From: Neisseria sp.
GTDB lineage: Bacteria > Pseudomonadota > Gammaproteobacteria > Burkholderiales > Neisseriaceae
Reading direction: 5' to 3'
Length of the DNA stretch: 64,000 nt
NCBI RefSeq assembly: GCF_041804105.1
Contig: NZ_JBHCJY010000018.1
Coordinates: forward strand, 663 to 64,662
The position numbers and the translations under genes were made by a program. This document shows, one piece after another, positions 19,662 to 30,812 of this stretch (position 1 is the stretch's first letter; each line of letters begins with the position of its first letter). Below the pieces are notes generated by a model. It did no database searches, was not told where the DNA came from, and saw only the letters and a list, made by a program, of their open reading frames with translations.

Positions 19662-21158
19662 ATGAGTCGCGAAATGTTGCAACTGGCCGAAGCATTGGCC
19701 AGCGAGAAAAACGTGGAAGCCGAAGTGGTGTTTCAGGCTTTGGAATTTGCATTGGGCACCGCCGCCAAGAAAAAAGCCAACCGCGAGCATATGGACGTCC
19801 GCGTGGAAATCGACCGCGAAACAGGCGAATACCGTACTTTCCGCCGCTGGCTGATTGTAGAGGACGAAGCCTACACTTATCCCGACGTGGAAAAAACCAT
19901 CGAAGAAATCCAGGAAGAAATTCCGGGTACGGCCATTCAGGTAGGCGAATATTACGAAGAACCGCTGGAAAACGAAGCGTTCGGCCGCCAAGCCGCCCAA
20001 ACTGCCAAACAGATTATCCTGCAACGCATCCGCGATGCCGAGCGCGAACAGATTCTCAATGAATTTCTGTCGCGCAAGGAAGATATTGTGCTGGGCACGG
20101 TCAAACGCGTGGAACGCCACGGTGTGATTGTGGAAATCGGCCGCTTGGATGCGCTGCTGCCTCGCGATCAGATGATTCAGCGCGAAAACTTCCGTACGGG
20201 CGACCGTGTGCGCGCATTGTTCCTGCGTGTCGACGAAAGTGCGAACACCGGCAGGAAACAGGTGATTCTGAGCCGTACCGCCAATGAATTCCTGGCAAAA
20301 CTGTTTGCCATGGAAGTTCCCGAAATCGACGACGGCCTGCTGGAAATCCGCGAAGTGGCACGCGACCCTGGCCAGCGTGCAAAAGTGGCCGTAAAAGCCA
20401 ACGACCAGCGCATCGATCCGCAGGGAACCTGTATCGGCGTGCGCGGCAGCCGCGTCAATGCCGTCAGCAACGAGCTGGCTGGCGAGCGTATCGATGTGGT
20501 GCTTTGGTCGCCCGAAACCGCCCAATTTGTAATGAACGCGCTGTCTCCGGCTGCTGTTTCCCGTATTTTGATTGACGAAGACAAACATGCAGTAGATGTG
20601 ATTGTGGCCGAAGACCAGCTTGCGCTCGCCATCGGACGCGGCGGCCAAAACGTGCGCCTTGCTTCCGACCTGACCGGCTGGCAGCTGAACATCATGACGG
20701 TGGAAGAAGCCGAAGAGCGCAATGCAGCCGAAGATGCCGCCATCCGAAACCTGTTTATGGAACACCTGAATGTGGACGAAGACACGGCGGATGTGCTGCT
20801 GGAAGAAGGCTTCGCCACACTTGAAGAAATCGCATATGTGCCTGAAGCCGAGCTGCTCGACATCGAAGGTTTCGACGAGGACACTGTAAAAATCCTGCGT
20901 GCCCGAGCACGCGATGCTATTTTGACACTGGCCATCGCTTCGGAAGAAAAACTGGAAGAAGTCAGCGACGATATGCGCGAAGTGGCCGGTGTGGATCAAG
21001 ATATGCTGCGCGATTTGGCCGAAGCGGGCATTACCACCCGCGACGATTTGGCCGATTTGGCAGTGGACGAGCTGGTGGAAATTACCGGCATCAGCACCGA
21101 AGAGGCCGAGAAAGTGATTCTGGCCGCACGCGAACACTGGTTTAACGAAGAAAACTAA
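19662..21158 (+). CDS. nusA: Transcription termination factor NusA
   Basis: [12 protein letters not shown]1/KH domains, [13 protein letters not shown], two C-terminal acidic repeats. Confidence 0.97.
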   Translation: MSREMLQLAEALASEKNVEAEVVFQALEFALGTAAKKKANREHMDVRVEIDRETGEYRTFRRWLIVEDEAYTYPDVEKTIEEIQEEIPGTAIQVGEYYEEPLENEAFGRQAAQTAKQIILQRIRDAEREQILNEFLSRKEDIVLGTVKRVERHGVIVEIGRLDALLPRDQMIQRENFRTGDRVRALFLRVDESANTGRKQVILSRTANEFLAKLFAMEVPEIDDGLLEIREVARDPGQRAKVAVKANDQRIDPQGTCIGVRGSRVNAVSNELAGERIDVVLWSPETAQFVMNALSPAAVSRILIDEDKHAVDVIVAEDQLALAIGRGGQNVRLASDLTGWQLNIMTVEEAEERNAAEDAAIRNLFMEHLNVDEDTADVLLEEGFATLEEIAYVPEAELLDIEGFDEDTVKILRARARDAILTLAIASEEKLEEVSDDMREVAGVDQDMLRDLAEAGITTRDDLADLAVDELVEITGISTEEAEKVILAAREHWFNEEN

Positions 21159-21173
21159 AGGGGGCTTAATCAA

Positions 21174-23984
21174 ATGAGTCATACAACAGTAGAACAATTT
21201 GCCGCCGAACTGAAAAAACCTGTGGAAGACCTGCTGAAACAGTTACGCAGCGCAGGTGTTGAAAAAAGCAGCGGCAGCGACAGCATCACGGCCGAAGACA
21301 AACAGAAACTTCTGGCCTATCTGCAAAAATCGCACGGCAGCGACGGCGCAACCATCAGCGTACGCCGCAAGAAAGCGGAAGTCAGCACGGTAAACGGCGT
21401 TCAAGTGGAAACCCGCCGCCGTACCCGCGCAGTAGTCGTACCGCCGCCGGAAGAAATCGCCGCCGAAGCAGCCAAAGTGAAAACGGCCCAAGAAACCGAA
21501 GCGAAAGCCGCTGCCGAAGCCGAGGCGGAAAAAGCCGCCATGGAGCAAGCCCGCGCCAAAGCAGAAGCGGAAGCAGCCAAACTGAAAGCCGCCAAAGCCG
21601 AAAAAATGAAAGCAGCGGAACAGGATACCCAAACCGCAGTAGCGGATACGCCGTCTGAAAAACCGGCAGTTCCTGAAAAAGCGGCCGACGAAACCGACAA
21701 ACCTGTTAAAGAACCCAAAGCCAAAGGCGGCAAAGACAAAGAGGCGAAGAAAAAAGCCGCTGCCGAACCTGCTGCGCCGCAACCTGTGGTAAGCGATGCC
21801 GAAAAAGCACAGCGTGAAGAAGAAGCACGCCGTGCCGCCGCATTCCGTGCCCATCAGGAAGCATTGCAACGCGAAAAACAAGAGCGTTTGGCGCGACGTG
21901 AAGCCGTGAAGCAGCAGGCTGCACAAGACGCGAAAGCTGCGGAAGAAGCAAAAGCGGCCAAATCAGCCGCCAAACCGCAACAAGCCCAGGGTTCCGCCGA
22001 CAAAACCGCATCTGCCGAAAAACCTGCCCAACCCGCTCGCGGGAAAAAAGACGACCGCCGCAGTCATGACGATTCAGACGGCCGTAATGCAAAAGGCAAA
22101 GGCAAAGGCGGCAAAGACGCCCGCGGCGGACGTAGCGGCGACGACGAGCGCGTACGCGGCGGCAAAAAAGGCAAAAAACTCAAACTCGAGCCGAACCAGC
22201 ACGCCTTCCAAGCGCCGACCGAACCCGTGGTTCACGAAGTGCTGGTGCCCGAAACCATTACCGTGGCCGATTTGGCGCACAAAATGGCCGTTAAGGGCGT
22301 GGAAGTGGTAAAAGCCCTGATGAAAATGGGCATGATGGTAACCATCAACCAATCCCTCGACCAAGAAACCGCGCTGATTGTGGTAGAAGAACTCGGCCAC
22401 ATCGGCAAACCGGCCGCGGTGGACGATCCCGACGCATTCCTGGACGACGATGCCACACACGCCGAGGCCGAAATGCTGCCGCGTCCGCCCGTCGTTACCG
22501 TGATGGGTCACGTCGACCACGGCAAAACCTCGCTGCTCGACTACATCCGCCGTGCCAAAGTGGTACAGGGCGAAGCGGGCGGCATCACGCAGCACATCGG
22601 TGCGTATCACGTGGAAACCCCGCGCGGCGTGATTACCTTCCTCGACACCCCCGGCCACGAAGCGTTTACCGCCATGCGCGCGCGCGGTGCGAAAGCCACC
22701 GACATCGTGATTCTGGTCGTGGCCGCCGACGACGGCGTAATGCCGCAAACCATCGAAGCAATTGCCCATGCCAAAGCGGCGGGCGTGCCGATTGTGGTGG
22801 CAGTAAACAAAATCGATAAGGAAGCAGCCAACCCCGAACGCATCCGCCAAGAGCTGACCCAGCACGAAGTCATCCCCGACGATTGGGGCGGCACGACCCA
22901 GTTCATCGACGTTTCCGCCAAACAAGGCACCAACATCGATGCCCTGCTCGAAGCTGTATTGCTCGAGGCCGAAGTTTTGGAACTACAAGCACCTGCCGAT
23001 GCACCCGCCAAAGGCATCATCGTCGAAGCCCGTCTCGACAAAGGCCGCGGTGCCGTGGCCACGCTGCTGGTACAGAGCGGCACATTGCGCAAAGGCGATA
23101 TGCTGCTGGCCGGCACCGCATTCGGTAAAGTACGCGCCATGATGGATGAAAACGGCAAACCGATTAACGAAGCCGGGCCGTCGATTCCGGTGGAAATTCT
23201 CGGCTTGTCCGACGTACCGAATGCCGGCGAAGATGCGCTGGTATTGGCCGACGAGAAAAAAGCCCGCGAAGTCGCCCTGTTCCGCCAAGGCAAATACCGC
23301 GACGTACGACTGGCCAAACAGCAGGCCGCCAAGCTGGAAAACATGTTCAGCAACATGGGCGAAGGCCAAGCGCAAAACCTGGCCGTGATTATCAAAGCCG
23401 ACGTTCAGGGTTCTTACGAAGCCTTGGCAGGCAGCCTGCAAAAACTTTCTACCGACGAGGTGAAAGTAAGCGTACTGCACAGCGGCGTGGGCGGCATCAC
23501 CGAGAGCGACGTCAACTTGGCGATTGCTTCGGGCGCGTTCATCATCGGCTTCAACGTGCGCGCCGACGCATCCGCACGCAAGCTGGCCGAAACCGAAGAC
23601 GTGGAAATCCGCTACTACAACATCATCTACGATGCGATTGACGACGTGAAAGCCGCCATGAGCGGAATGCTCTCGCCCGAAGAAAAAGAGCAGCAAACCG
23701 GCACGGTGGAAATCCGCCAAGTCATCAGCGTGTCCAAAGTCGGCAACATCGCAGGCTGTATGGTTACAGACGGCCTTGTGAAGCGCGACAGCAAGGTACG
23801 CATCATCCGCAACAACGTGGTCATCCACACCGGCGAACTGTCTTCGCTCAAACGCTTCAAAGACGATGTCAAAGAAGTGCGCATGGGCTTCGAATGCGGC
23901 CTGATGATTAAGGGCTACAACGAAATCGAAGAAGGCGACATGCTCGAATGCTTCGACATCGTCGAAGTGGCGCGTACGCTGTGA
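21174..23984 (+). CDS. infB: Translation initiation factor IF-2
   Basis: [21 protein letters not shown] GTPase motifs; Ala/Lys/Glu-rich N-terminal linker. Confidence 0.98.
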   Translation: MSHTTVEQFAAELKKPVEDLLKQLRSAGVEKSSGSDSITAEDKQKLLAYLQKSHGSDGATISVRRKKAEVSTVNGVQVETRRRTRAVVVPPPEEIAAEAAKVKTAQETEAKAAAEAEAEKAAMEQARAKAEAEAAKLKAAKAEKMKAAEQDTQTAVADTPSEKPAVPEKAADETDKPVKEPKAKGGKDKEAKKKAAAEPAAPQPVVSDAEKAQREEEARRAAAFRAHQEALQREKQERLARREAVKQQAAQDAKAAEEAKAAKSAAKPQQAQGSADKTASAEKPAQPARGKKDDRRSHDDSDGRNAKGKGKGGKDARGGRSGDDERVRGGKKGKKLKLEPNQHAFQAPTEPVVHEVLVPETITVADLAHKMAVKGVEVVKALMKMGMMVTINQSLDQETALIVVEELGHIGKPAAVDDPDAFLDDDATHAEAEMLPRPPVVTVMGHVDHGKTSLLDYIRRAKVVQGEAGGITQHIGAYHVETPRGVITFLDTPGHEAFTAMRARGAKATDIVILVVAADDGVMPQTIEAIAHAKAAGVPIVVAVNKIDKEAANPERIRQELTQHEVIPDDWGGTTQFIDVSAKQGTNIDALLEAVLLEAEVLELQAPADAPAKGIIVEARLDKGRGAVATLLVQSGTLRKGDMLLAGTAFGKVRAMMDENGKPINEAGPSIPVEILGLSDVPNAGEDALVLADEKKAREVALFRQGKYRDVRLAKQQAAKLENMFSNMGEGQAQNLAVIIKADVQGSYEALAGSLQKLSTDEVKVSVLHSGVGGITESDVNLAIASGAFIIGFNVRADASARKLAETEDVEIRYYNIIYDAIDDVKAAMSGMLSPEEKEQQTGTVEIRQVISVSKVGNIAGCMVTDGLVKRDSKVRIIRNNVVIHTGELSSLKRFKDDVKEVRMGFECGLMIKGYNEIEEGDMLECFDIVEVARTL

Positions 23985-24002
23985 TTTCGCTTTAAAACCC
24001 AA

Positions 24003-24033
24003 AGGCCGTCTGAACGTTTCAGACGGCCTTTTT
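24003..24033 (+). terminator. DUS inverted-repeat terminator of infB
   Basis: AGGCCGTCTGAA-CGT-TTCAGACGGCCT followed by a T run. Confidence 0.85.
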
Positions 24034-24130
24034 AGTTGGTTACTACAAACACATTCACTCTTTTTCAGACGGCCATTCTTTTAACGGCAGCGGTTTAATG
24101 GCTGTGTTTAAACCATCGGCAAAACCGTAT

Positions 24131-24243
24131 CGCCGATTCCATAAGCAGACAAAAATCCAAATCCGGCATCCGGTATCTTTCATTTTCAAGTTCAAAGCGT
24201 ACGCGTGAATATCGAAAATGGATTCCCGCCTGCACGGGAAACA
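24131..24243. repeat. Degenerate NIME repeat
   Basis: Right dRS3 GGATTCCCGCCTGCACGGGAA, CCGGTATCTTT core motif, decayed left end. Confidence 0.65.
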
Positions 24244-24375
24244 ACCCGCCGAGTATGAACACACTATCCAAATACACTCTGAAACAACAATCCGTTTCAA
24301 AAATAACAAAGGCCGTCTGAAAAACTTCTTTTCAGACGGCCTTGATACTTAATTCAAGTATATGAATGTATCTGC

Positions 24376-25263
24376 TTAGAAAGCGACAAAATTAGCAGGG
24401 TTAACCGGTTTACCGTTTTGACGCACTTCAAAATGGAGCTGCGTACGCGGGGCATCGCTGTTGCCCATTTTGGCAATGGTTTGGCCGCGTTTCACGGTTT
24501 GGCCTTCGTTCACGAGCAGGCTTTGGTTGTGGCCGTAGGCGCTCAGGAAGGTTTGGTTGTGCTGGATGATAATCAGGTTGCCGTAACCGCGCAGACCCGA
24601 ACCTGCATAAACGACTTTGCCGTCGGCCGCCGCGACAACGGGCTGGCCTGCCGTACCGGCAATGTCGACGCCTTTGCTGCTGCCGCCGAATTGGGTAACG
24701 ACATTACCGCGTGTCGGGCGTACCCATTGGATGCCGCTGACGTTGCGGCTGCTGCCGGTCGATACGGAAGGCGTGCTTGCCGCACCGGTAGACTGCTTAT
24801 TGGCAGCCGTAGTCGTCGTTGCAGAACCGCCGGCAGGTGCAACGTAGCCGTTGGGTTTCACACGCAGGGTTTGGCCTACGCTGATGGTGTTGTCGCCCGA
24901 CAAACCGTTCCATGCGCGCAGGTCGTCTTGGCTGATTTTATAGCGTTTGGAGATGTTGTAAACGGTATCGCCGCGTACGACGGTGTGTGTGGCGGCATTG
25001 ATGTCGACCGGTGCGTTAGAAGGCTGGTAAGTGCCGCCCGAAGAAACCGACGGAGCGCTTGCCGGCGGAGTATAGGGTGCGTTTGCGGACGAACCCGTAC
25101 CGGGATCGTAAGGAGTTGCACCGTAAGGGTTGCTGCCCGAACCGGCGCGTGAACCTTCCGTGCCTTTCACAACCGGAGCGGGCGGTTGCGAAGCGCAGGC
25201 GGCAAGCATAAGAACTGCCGCAAGAGAGGCGGCGCGGAATGCGGTTTTTCTTAACATATTCAT
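24376..25263 (-). CDS. nlpD: LysM + M23 lipoprotein (NlpD-like)
   Basis: LAAC lipobox, LysM (HTVVRGDTVYNISKRY), degenerate M23 (GVDIA, YGHN, LHFEVR); downstream of surE. Confidence 0.88.
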   Translation of the reverse strand: MNMLRKTAFRAASLAAVLMLAACASQPPAPVVKGTEGSRAGSGSNPYGATPYDPGTGSSANAPYTPPASAPSVSSGGTYQPSNAPVDINAATHTVVRGDTVYNISKRYKISQDDLRAWNGLSGDNTISVGQTLRVKPNGYVAPAGGSATTTTAANKQSTGAASTPSVSTGSSRNVSGIQWVRPTRGNVVTQFGGSSKGVDIAGTAGQPVVAAADGKVVYAGSGLRGYGNLIIIQHNQTFLSAYGHNQSLLVNEGQTVKRGQTIAKMGNSDAPRTQLHFEVRQNGKPVNPANFVAF

Positions 25264-25341
25264 TACCTTCTATGTATTGGGTCGTAACAGGGGCGTATCT
25301 TAAATCAAAATATGCCCGCTTCTCAAGTGTTTCGGGACGTT

Positions 25342-26103
25342 TTAATCGGTAAAGCCGGGCATTTTCCGCCAGAAATCCGCCGTTTTTTTCATATCGGAAT
25401 AATCGGTCAGGTCGATTTGCAGCGGCGTTACCGTAATAAACCCCGCTTCGCATTCGGCGAAATCCGTACCGTCTTCGCGGTCGGAAATGCTGCCGACGGG
25501 GCCGATCCAATAAACCGCCTCTCCGCGCGGATTTCTTGCAGGAACAATACTTTGCGCATGATGGCGGCGGCCGAGACGGGCGGTTTTCAAACCCTGTATG
25601 TCTTCGGGTGCGACAGCGGGGATGTTGACGTTCCACAAAACCGGCTTTTCGGGCGGCACGGCCAGCAGGTGTTCCAGCAGCATCCATGCGGCTTTTTCGG
25701 CGGTTGCCCAATAACGGCCGCCCGAATCGTTGAGCGACAGCGCAACGGCGGGAAACCCCATCAGATAGGCTTCCGTCGCTGCCGCCACCGTACCCGAATA
25801 GAGCGTGTCGTCGCCCATATTGGCACCGTGGTTGATGCCGGACAGCACCAAATCAGGCACGAAATCCGGCAGCGCGTGCAGGCCGAGATGGATGCAGTCG
25901 GTGGGCGTGCCGCTGACATAATAAAAGCCGTTGGCCGCTTCGCGGATGCGCAGCGGCCGGTCGAGCGTCAGCGAATTGCTCACGCCGCTGCGGTCGCGTT
26001 CGGGCGCAACCACGCGCACATTGGCGAACTCGCCCGCCACCCTTGCCAAAACGGCAATGCCTTCGGCCAGATAGCCGTCGTCGTTACAAATCAGGATGTT
26101 CAT
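25342..26103 (-). CDS. surE: 5'/3'-nucleotidase SurE
   Basis: [33 protein letters not shown]. Start set at 26103. Confidence 0.95.
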   Translation of the reverse strand: MNILICNDDGYLAEGIAVLARVAGEFANVRVVAPERDRSGVSNSLTLDRPLRIREAANGFYYVSGTPTDCIHLGLHALPDFVPDLVLSGINHGANMGDDTLYSGTVAAATEAYLMGFPAVALSLNDSGGRYWATAEKAAWMLLEHLLAVPPEKPVLWNVNIPAVAPEDIQGLKTARLGRRHHAQSIVPARNPRGEAVYWIGPVGSISDREDGTDFAECEAGFITVTPLQIDLTDYSDMKKTADFWRKMPGFTD

Positions 26104-26388
26104 CAACCCCGTCCTTGTCGGAAAAAACGGGGATTGTACTGCCCTGCCGCGGAAACTGTCCATGGACGGCAAACCGGCCGATAAAGCGCAACAGGCCGTC
26201 TGAAAAACGGTTTCAGACGGCCTGCATATCCGCATCTTCTGGAAGTTCGGATACCGGATAACCGAAATGCCTTGCCTTTAATTGCCGTTATTCCCGTGTT
26301 GGCGGAAAAACATCTCCGGAACAAACCGGCCAAACAGCCGTCTTTCGGAAAACCGCACAGGCCGTCTGAAAACATTTTTCAGACGGCC

Positions 26389-28170
26389 TTACGCCGCATG
26401 GCGGTGGTAGTGCCGCAGGGCGTGTTCTTTCCTGCGTCCGCTGGAGAATGCCGACACGCGTTTGAGGTAGCCGATGACGCGCGTGCCGTGGTCGATGTTG
26501 TGACTGCCGCATTGGCTGCACGAATATAAAGTACGCTTATCGATGTGGTTGCACTCGTTGCAAATCGTAATCCGCACGTTGACGCAGAAGTAGTTGCAGC
26601 CGGTTTGCGCGGCGATGTCGAGCAGCGAGCGGTAGCCGCTTTCGGGCAGGGCTTCGTCCAGGTTCAGGTGCAGGGCGGAGCCGCCGTCGAGCCAGTCGAC
26701 CAGTTCTCTGCCGTGCAGCAGGAATTTGTCGAGCGCGTTGGTTGCTTCGTCTTCCACCACATAGAAATAGGAGTTGTAGCAGTCGCGGCTGACTTGGTAG
26801 CCGTCGGCTTTGTCCCATTTGGCGTTTTTCACGCCGAGGTTTTCGGCGGGCACGAATTCGGTGTTGAACTTCACGCCGTAATGCTTGGTGGCGGCTTGGT
26901 TGGCCTCGAAAATGGTTTTCAGACGGCCTTGCACGAAGCGCACATAGTCTTCGTTGTAACCGACTTTGATGCCGTGAAACTCGGCGGCTTCGGCCATGCC
27001 GTTGATGCCGATGGTCAGGAACTGTTTATCCAGCGTGATGAACCCTGCGTCGTACACGGGCAGCATTCCGGCGGCTTGGTATTCCTCCATCAGCTTGCGG
27101 TAGGCGTATTGGTATTGATGGATTTTGGCAACTTCGGCGGCCAAATCGCGGCCGTCCTGCTCCAAGCGGTTCATGTTGATGGTGATGACGTTAATCGAAC
27201 CGGTGGCCACGCCGCCCGCGCCGAGCGTGTAGGAGAAGGTGCGGTCTTCGATGGCGTTGCGCAGGCGGCAGCATGAAGCCAGCGAGTCGGGATTGTCAGA
27301 AAGGTAAACGAAAAACGAATTGCCGTCTGAAAGCTCTTTCGCCATGTCGTCGGCAAACGCGGTGTCTTTGCACTTGCCGTTTTCGGTGAGCATGGCGGCG
27401 GTCACCACGGGGAAGGTCAGCACGGCTTTGCTGCGTTCGCGGTTGAACCATTGCAGGAAGAAAAGTTGCAGTTTTTCAACGCTTTCCCAATCGGGTTTGG
27501 AAAAATCGGGGAACACGAAATCGCCGAACATCGCCTCGAAATAGTGGCGGTCGTACACGGAAATGTTCCAAAACACGCTCTGATAACCGCGCGCGGCGGC
27601 GGGCTGGTTGATGCTGTACACCACCTGCTGAAAGTGGTTGGCGATTTCGTCGGCATGGGTTTCCAGATAGTTGTCGCCGAAATCGCGGCGGGCGAAGTGG
27701 TCGAAATAAGTGAGAAACTCCACCGTCGCCACCGCACCGGCAAACTGCGCGCTCACGGCGAACACGAGGTTCACAAACGAGCCGCAAAACGAAGCCAGAT
27801 GCTGCGGCGCTTTCGATTCACCACCGAGTTTGGTCAGGCCGTCGAGCAGAAACGGATACAGCGTCAGCGACACGCAGTAAGGCTTCAGGCTGGTTTCGTC
27901 GTGCACATAAATCTCGTGCGCCTCGATTTGGCGGATGTATTCGGCCGCCGTCTCCGCACCGAACAGCTCGCCGATTTTGCGCGAAACCTGCGCGCGGTTG
28001 ACCTGAACGAAGAAATCCTTCATCAGCTCCGCTTCCATCGTGGCAATGTTTTTCTGCGTAACGTTGGCGTTCGCGTCCATTTTCGAGCCGTCGGCCGCGT
28101 TGTGCGCCGAGATGTAGTCGCGCATGAAATCGAGTTTGCCGTTTAACTGTTCGGGATGCAGCCGAATCAT
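26389..28170 (-). CDS. nrdD: Anaerobic (class III) ribonucleoside-triphosphate reductase, short form without ATP cone
   Basis: SCCRL active-site finger, VPAENL, CxxC-CxxC zinc site, RVIGYL glycyl-radical motif. Confidence 0.94.
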   Translation of the reverse strand: MIRLHPEQLNGKLDFMRDYISAHNAADGSKMDANANVTQKNIATMEAELMKDFFVQVNRAQVSRKIGELFGAETAAEYIRQIEAHEIYVHDETSLKPYCVSLTLYPFLLDGLTKLGGESKAPQHLASFCGSFVNLVFAVSAQFAGAVATVEFLTYFDHFARRDFGDNYLETHADEIANHFQQVVYSINQPAAARGYQSVFWNISVYDRHYFEAMFGDFVFPDFSKPDWESVEKLQLFFLQWFNRERSKAVLTFPVVTAAMLTENGKCKDTAFADDMAKELSDGNSFFVYLSDNPDSLASCCRLRNAIEDRTFSYTLGAGGVATGSINVITINMNRLEQDGRDLAAEVAKIHQYQYAYRKLMEEYQAAGMLPVYDAGFITLDKQFLTIGINGMAEAAEFHGIKVGYNEDYVRFVQGRLKTIFEANQAATKHYGVKFNTEFVPAENLGVKNAKWDKADGYQVSRDCYNSYFYVVEDEATNALDKFLLHGRELVDWLDGGSALHLNLDEALPESGYRSLLDIAAQTGCNYFCVNVRITICNECNHIDKRTLYSCSQCGSHNIDHGTRVIGYLKRVSAFSSGRRKEHALRHYHRHAA

Positions 28171-28389
28171 GGTGTTCTCCTGAGGTAATCGGGTTGGGGA
28201 TGGTTGGTAGGAAGTTGGGTATTGCAGGGAAGCCGCATACGCCGTTATGCCGTCTGAAAAATCGGTTTCAGGCTAGGGATTTTTTGTTCAAACCGGATTC
28301 GCACACAGTGGATTTGAACCGCCCTGCTATCCCGCCGCTTCATGGCGTTTTCAGCAGGACATACCGTCGCACATTATTTTCAGACGGCC

Positions 28390-28908
28390 TCACGCCGCCG
28401 CAATTTCAAATACCGGTTTGGCTTTCTTTGCCGGATTTTCTTTCCAAAACAAACGGTTCAAGATTTCGCCTGTATGCAAATTAACTAGTTTTTGGTTGGT
28501 AAACGGGCTGTCCAAACCGCCGAGCGCGGCGTTCCACCGCCCCGTTTTCAGATAATCCAAATGCGGTATCAGGCCGTCTGAAACGGCTTCCAGCTCTTCC
28601 CGTTCCAAACCCGTATAAAGGCAGGTTTTCAAACCCGCCGATTTGACGGTTTGCAGCAGGTTTACCAATGCCTCCGGCTGCCATTCGCCGCCCATAAACA
28701 GCACGCAGCCAATCAGCCCGCGATAGCGTTTCAGACGGCCTTGCAGATATTCGGCGGTCAGTACCGTGCCCGAACCGGCTTTCCAACTGTCGGCACTGTG
28801 GCAGCCTTGGCAGCGCAACGGGCAGCCGGAAATCAGAAACGCCAGAGAAGTTTCGTTCGGCACTTCCTGCCAGACGATTTGTTCGGCGGTGAATCTGAGC
28901 TGGTTCAT
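28390..28908 (-). CDS. nrdG: Anaerobic RNR-activating radical SAM protein
   Basis: SGCPLRCQGCHS (CxxxCxxC), FMGGEW, CLYTG; adjacent to nrdD. Confidence 0.9.
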   Translation of the reverse strand: MNQLRFTAEQIVWQEVPNETSLAFLISGCPLRCQGCHSADSWKAGSGTVLTAEYLQGRLKRYRGLIGCVLFMGGEWQPEALVNLLQTVKSAGLKTCLYTGLEREELEAVSDGLIPHLDYLKTGRWNAALGGLDSPFTNQKLVNLHTGEILNRLFWKENPAKKAKPVFEIAAA

Positions 28909-28921
28909 GGCCACACCTAAA

Positions 28922-28969
28922 ATACAATATATAGTGTTATAAATTCATAAAATATACTACATGTTGTAT
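28922..28969. promoter_or_regulatory. Tandem NrdR boxes
   Basis: ATACAATATATAGTGT (28922-28937) and ATACTACATGTTGTAT (28954-28969) match acaCwAtATaTwGtgt; starts are 32 bp apart. Confidence 0.88.
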
Positions 28970-29008
28970 TTTATGGATTTCCGAAAACCGTTCCTTGAGA
29001 CACATCAA
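28968..29008 (-). promoter_or_regulatory. FNR-type promoter of nrdG-nrdD
   Basis: TTGAG-ACAC-ATCAA at 28995-29008; minus-strand TAAAAT at 28973-28968 with class II spacing. Confidence 0.75.
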
Positions 29009-29305
29009 CTTTCATTACACAACACCGCAACATCCCAAACGGATACCGGCCTGATTCCGCATCGGCAGGCCGTCTGAAAAACCGCTTTCCTGTCTGCGGC
29101 CAACCGAAACCATCCGCATCCTGCCGCAACATCCGAAATCATCTGCGTATCTCCCGATTAAGCATTTGCGCATAACCCAGACGCATCCGCGTATAATTCC
29201 GAAACAACCGCACACAAACTGCACACCATCCTTAATGTATCCGCATACGGAAAAACGCAAACCGGCCGTCCCAAACTGTTCAGACGGCCTTCCGAATACA
29301 CCGCC

Positions 29306-30328
29306 ATGTCCGAAAAAATCCTCATTATTTCCCCGAGCTGGATCGGCGACTGCGTGATGACGCAGCCGCTTTACCGCCGTCTGAAAACCCTGCGCCCCGG
29401 CTGCACCATCGACGTATTCGCGCCGAAATGGTCGATGGCCGTGTTCGAGCGGATGCCCGAAGTGAACGAAGTCATCGAAAACCCGTTCGGCCACGGCGCG
29501 TTGCGGCTCGGCGAACGCATCCGCACCGGCCGCGAACTCGGCAGGCGCGGGTACAGTCAGGTCATCGTGTTGCCCGGCTCGCTCAAATCCGCCGTGATTG
29601 CCGCCGCCACGGGCATCAAACGGCGCACGGGCTATGTGGGCGAATCGCGCTACCTGCTGCTCAACGACATCCGCAAACTCGACAAAACCGCCCTGCCCCT
29701 GATGGTCGACCGCTACACCGCGCTGGCGCATCCGTCGCAGGCCGATTTCGACGGACATTCCGACCATCCCTCGTTCCACATCAACCCCGAAAGCGTGGCC
29801 GCCGCACTCGCCAAACACGGCCTGCACCTCGACAAACCCGTGCTGGCGTTCTGTCCCGGTGCGGAATACGGCCCGGCCAAACGCTGGCCGCCGCGCCATT
29901 TCGCCGCACTTGCCCGCCGATACGCCGCACGCGGGTGGCAGGTTTGGCTGTTCGGTTCGCAAAAAGACTTTGCAGCCGCAGAAGAAATCAACACCCTTTC
30001 AGATGGCCTCTGCACCAATCTGTGCGGCCAAACCAGCCTTTCCGAAGCCATCGACCTGCTCGCGCAGGCGCAGGCCGTGGTCTGCAACGACAGCGGCCTG
30101 ATGCACCTGGCCGCCGCCCTCGGCCGCAACATCGCCGCCGTGTACGGTTCGTCCAGTCCCGACCACACCCCGCCGCTGAGCCGCACCGCCGAAATCGTTA
30201 CCCTCAAGCTCGACTGCTCGCCCTGCTTCAAACGCGAATGCCCGCTCGGACACACCGACTGCCTGAACGGAATTCCGCCGCAAATGGTCGACGACGCACT
30301 GCAAAGGCTGGCCGCTGCAACGGCGTAA
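29306..30328 (+). CDS. waaF: LPS/LOS heptosyltransferase II
   Basis: PSWIGDCVM, PGAEYGPAKRWP, CNDSGLMHLAAA (GT9). Confidence 0.94.
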   Translation: MSEKILIISPSWIGDCVMTQPLYRRLKTLRPGCTIDVFAPKWSMAVFERMPEVNEVIENPFGHGALRLGERIRTGRELGRRGYSQVIVLPGSLKSAVIAAATGIKRRTGYVGESRYLLLNDIRKLDKTALPLMVDRYTALAHPSQADFDGHSDHPSFHINPESVAAALAKHGLHLDKPVLAFCPGAEYGPAKRWPPRHFAALARRYAARGWQVWLFGSQKDFAAAEEINTLSDGLCTNLCGQTSLSEAIDLLAQAQAVVCNDSGLMHLAAALGRNIAAVYGSSSPDHTPPLSRTAEIVTLKLDCSPCFKRECPLGHTDCLNGIPPQMVDDALQRLAAATA

Positions 30329-30350
30329 ACGGCACAGCGCAAACATCAAA

Positions 30351-30732
30351 GGCCGTCTGAAAACCCTTTTTCAGACGGCCTTCGTTCCGCCGCCATTTCC
30401 GTATAGGCGGAAATCCGCAAAAGCTGTTTGCCGCCTTTGCCGCACTCACCGGCCTTCACAGTCTTTCGGCACGGATGACCGTGTTCTCGAACATAAGGCA
30501 GACAAACAGAAACAAAACACAATGAAGGCCATCTGAAAAACCCTTTTTCAGACGGCCTTCGTTCCGCCGCCATTTCCGTATAGGCGGAAATCCGCAAAAG
30601 CTGTTTGCCTCTTTTGCCGCACTCACCGGCCTTCACAGTCTTTCGGCACGGATGACCGTGTGCTCGAACATAAGGCAGACACACAGAAACAAAACACAAT
30701 AAAGGCCGTCTGAAAAACCTTTCAGACGGCCT
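30351..30732. repeat. Tandem duplication of a 176/177-bp unit bounded by DUS hairpins
   Basis: Units 30351-30526 and 30527-30703 are near identical and followed by a third DUS pair. Confidence 0.92.
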
Positions 30733-30812
30733 TGAAACCAACCTTTCGTTGAACCCCGCACATAATCGGCGCATAATCGTTTTTTCCCGCAACACGCCAA
30801 AGGATTCCCGCC

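Noticed and set aside
19641-21197. Long antisense ORFs (also 3349-4791, 55162-56790, 44277-45449 and others)
   Set aside because: They are shadow frames of GC-rich, codon-biased genes, fully overlapping well-supported CDSs, with no motifs of their own.
30351-30732. CRISPR array
   Set aside because: The units are about 176 bp with near-identical cores rather than unique spacers, there are only two, and no cas genes are present. The same applies to 43479-44075.
30346-30795. 149-aa ORF with an internal repeat
   Set aside because: It is just the translation of the tandem DNA repeat and its DUS hairpins; no RBS or family motif.
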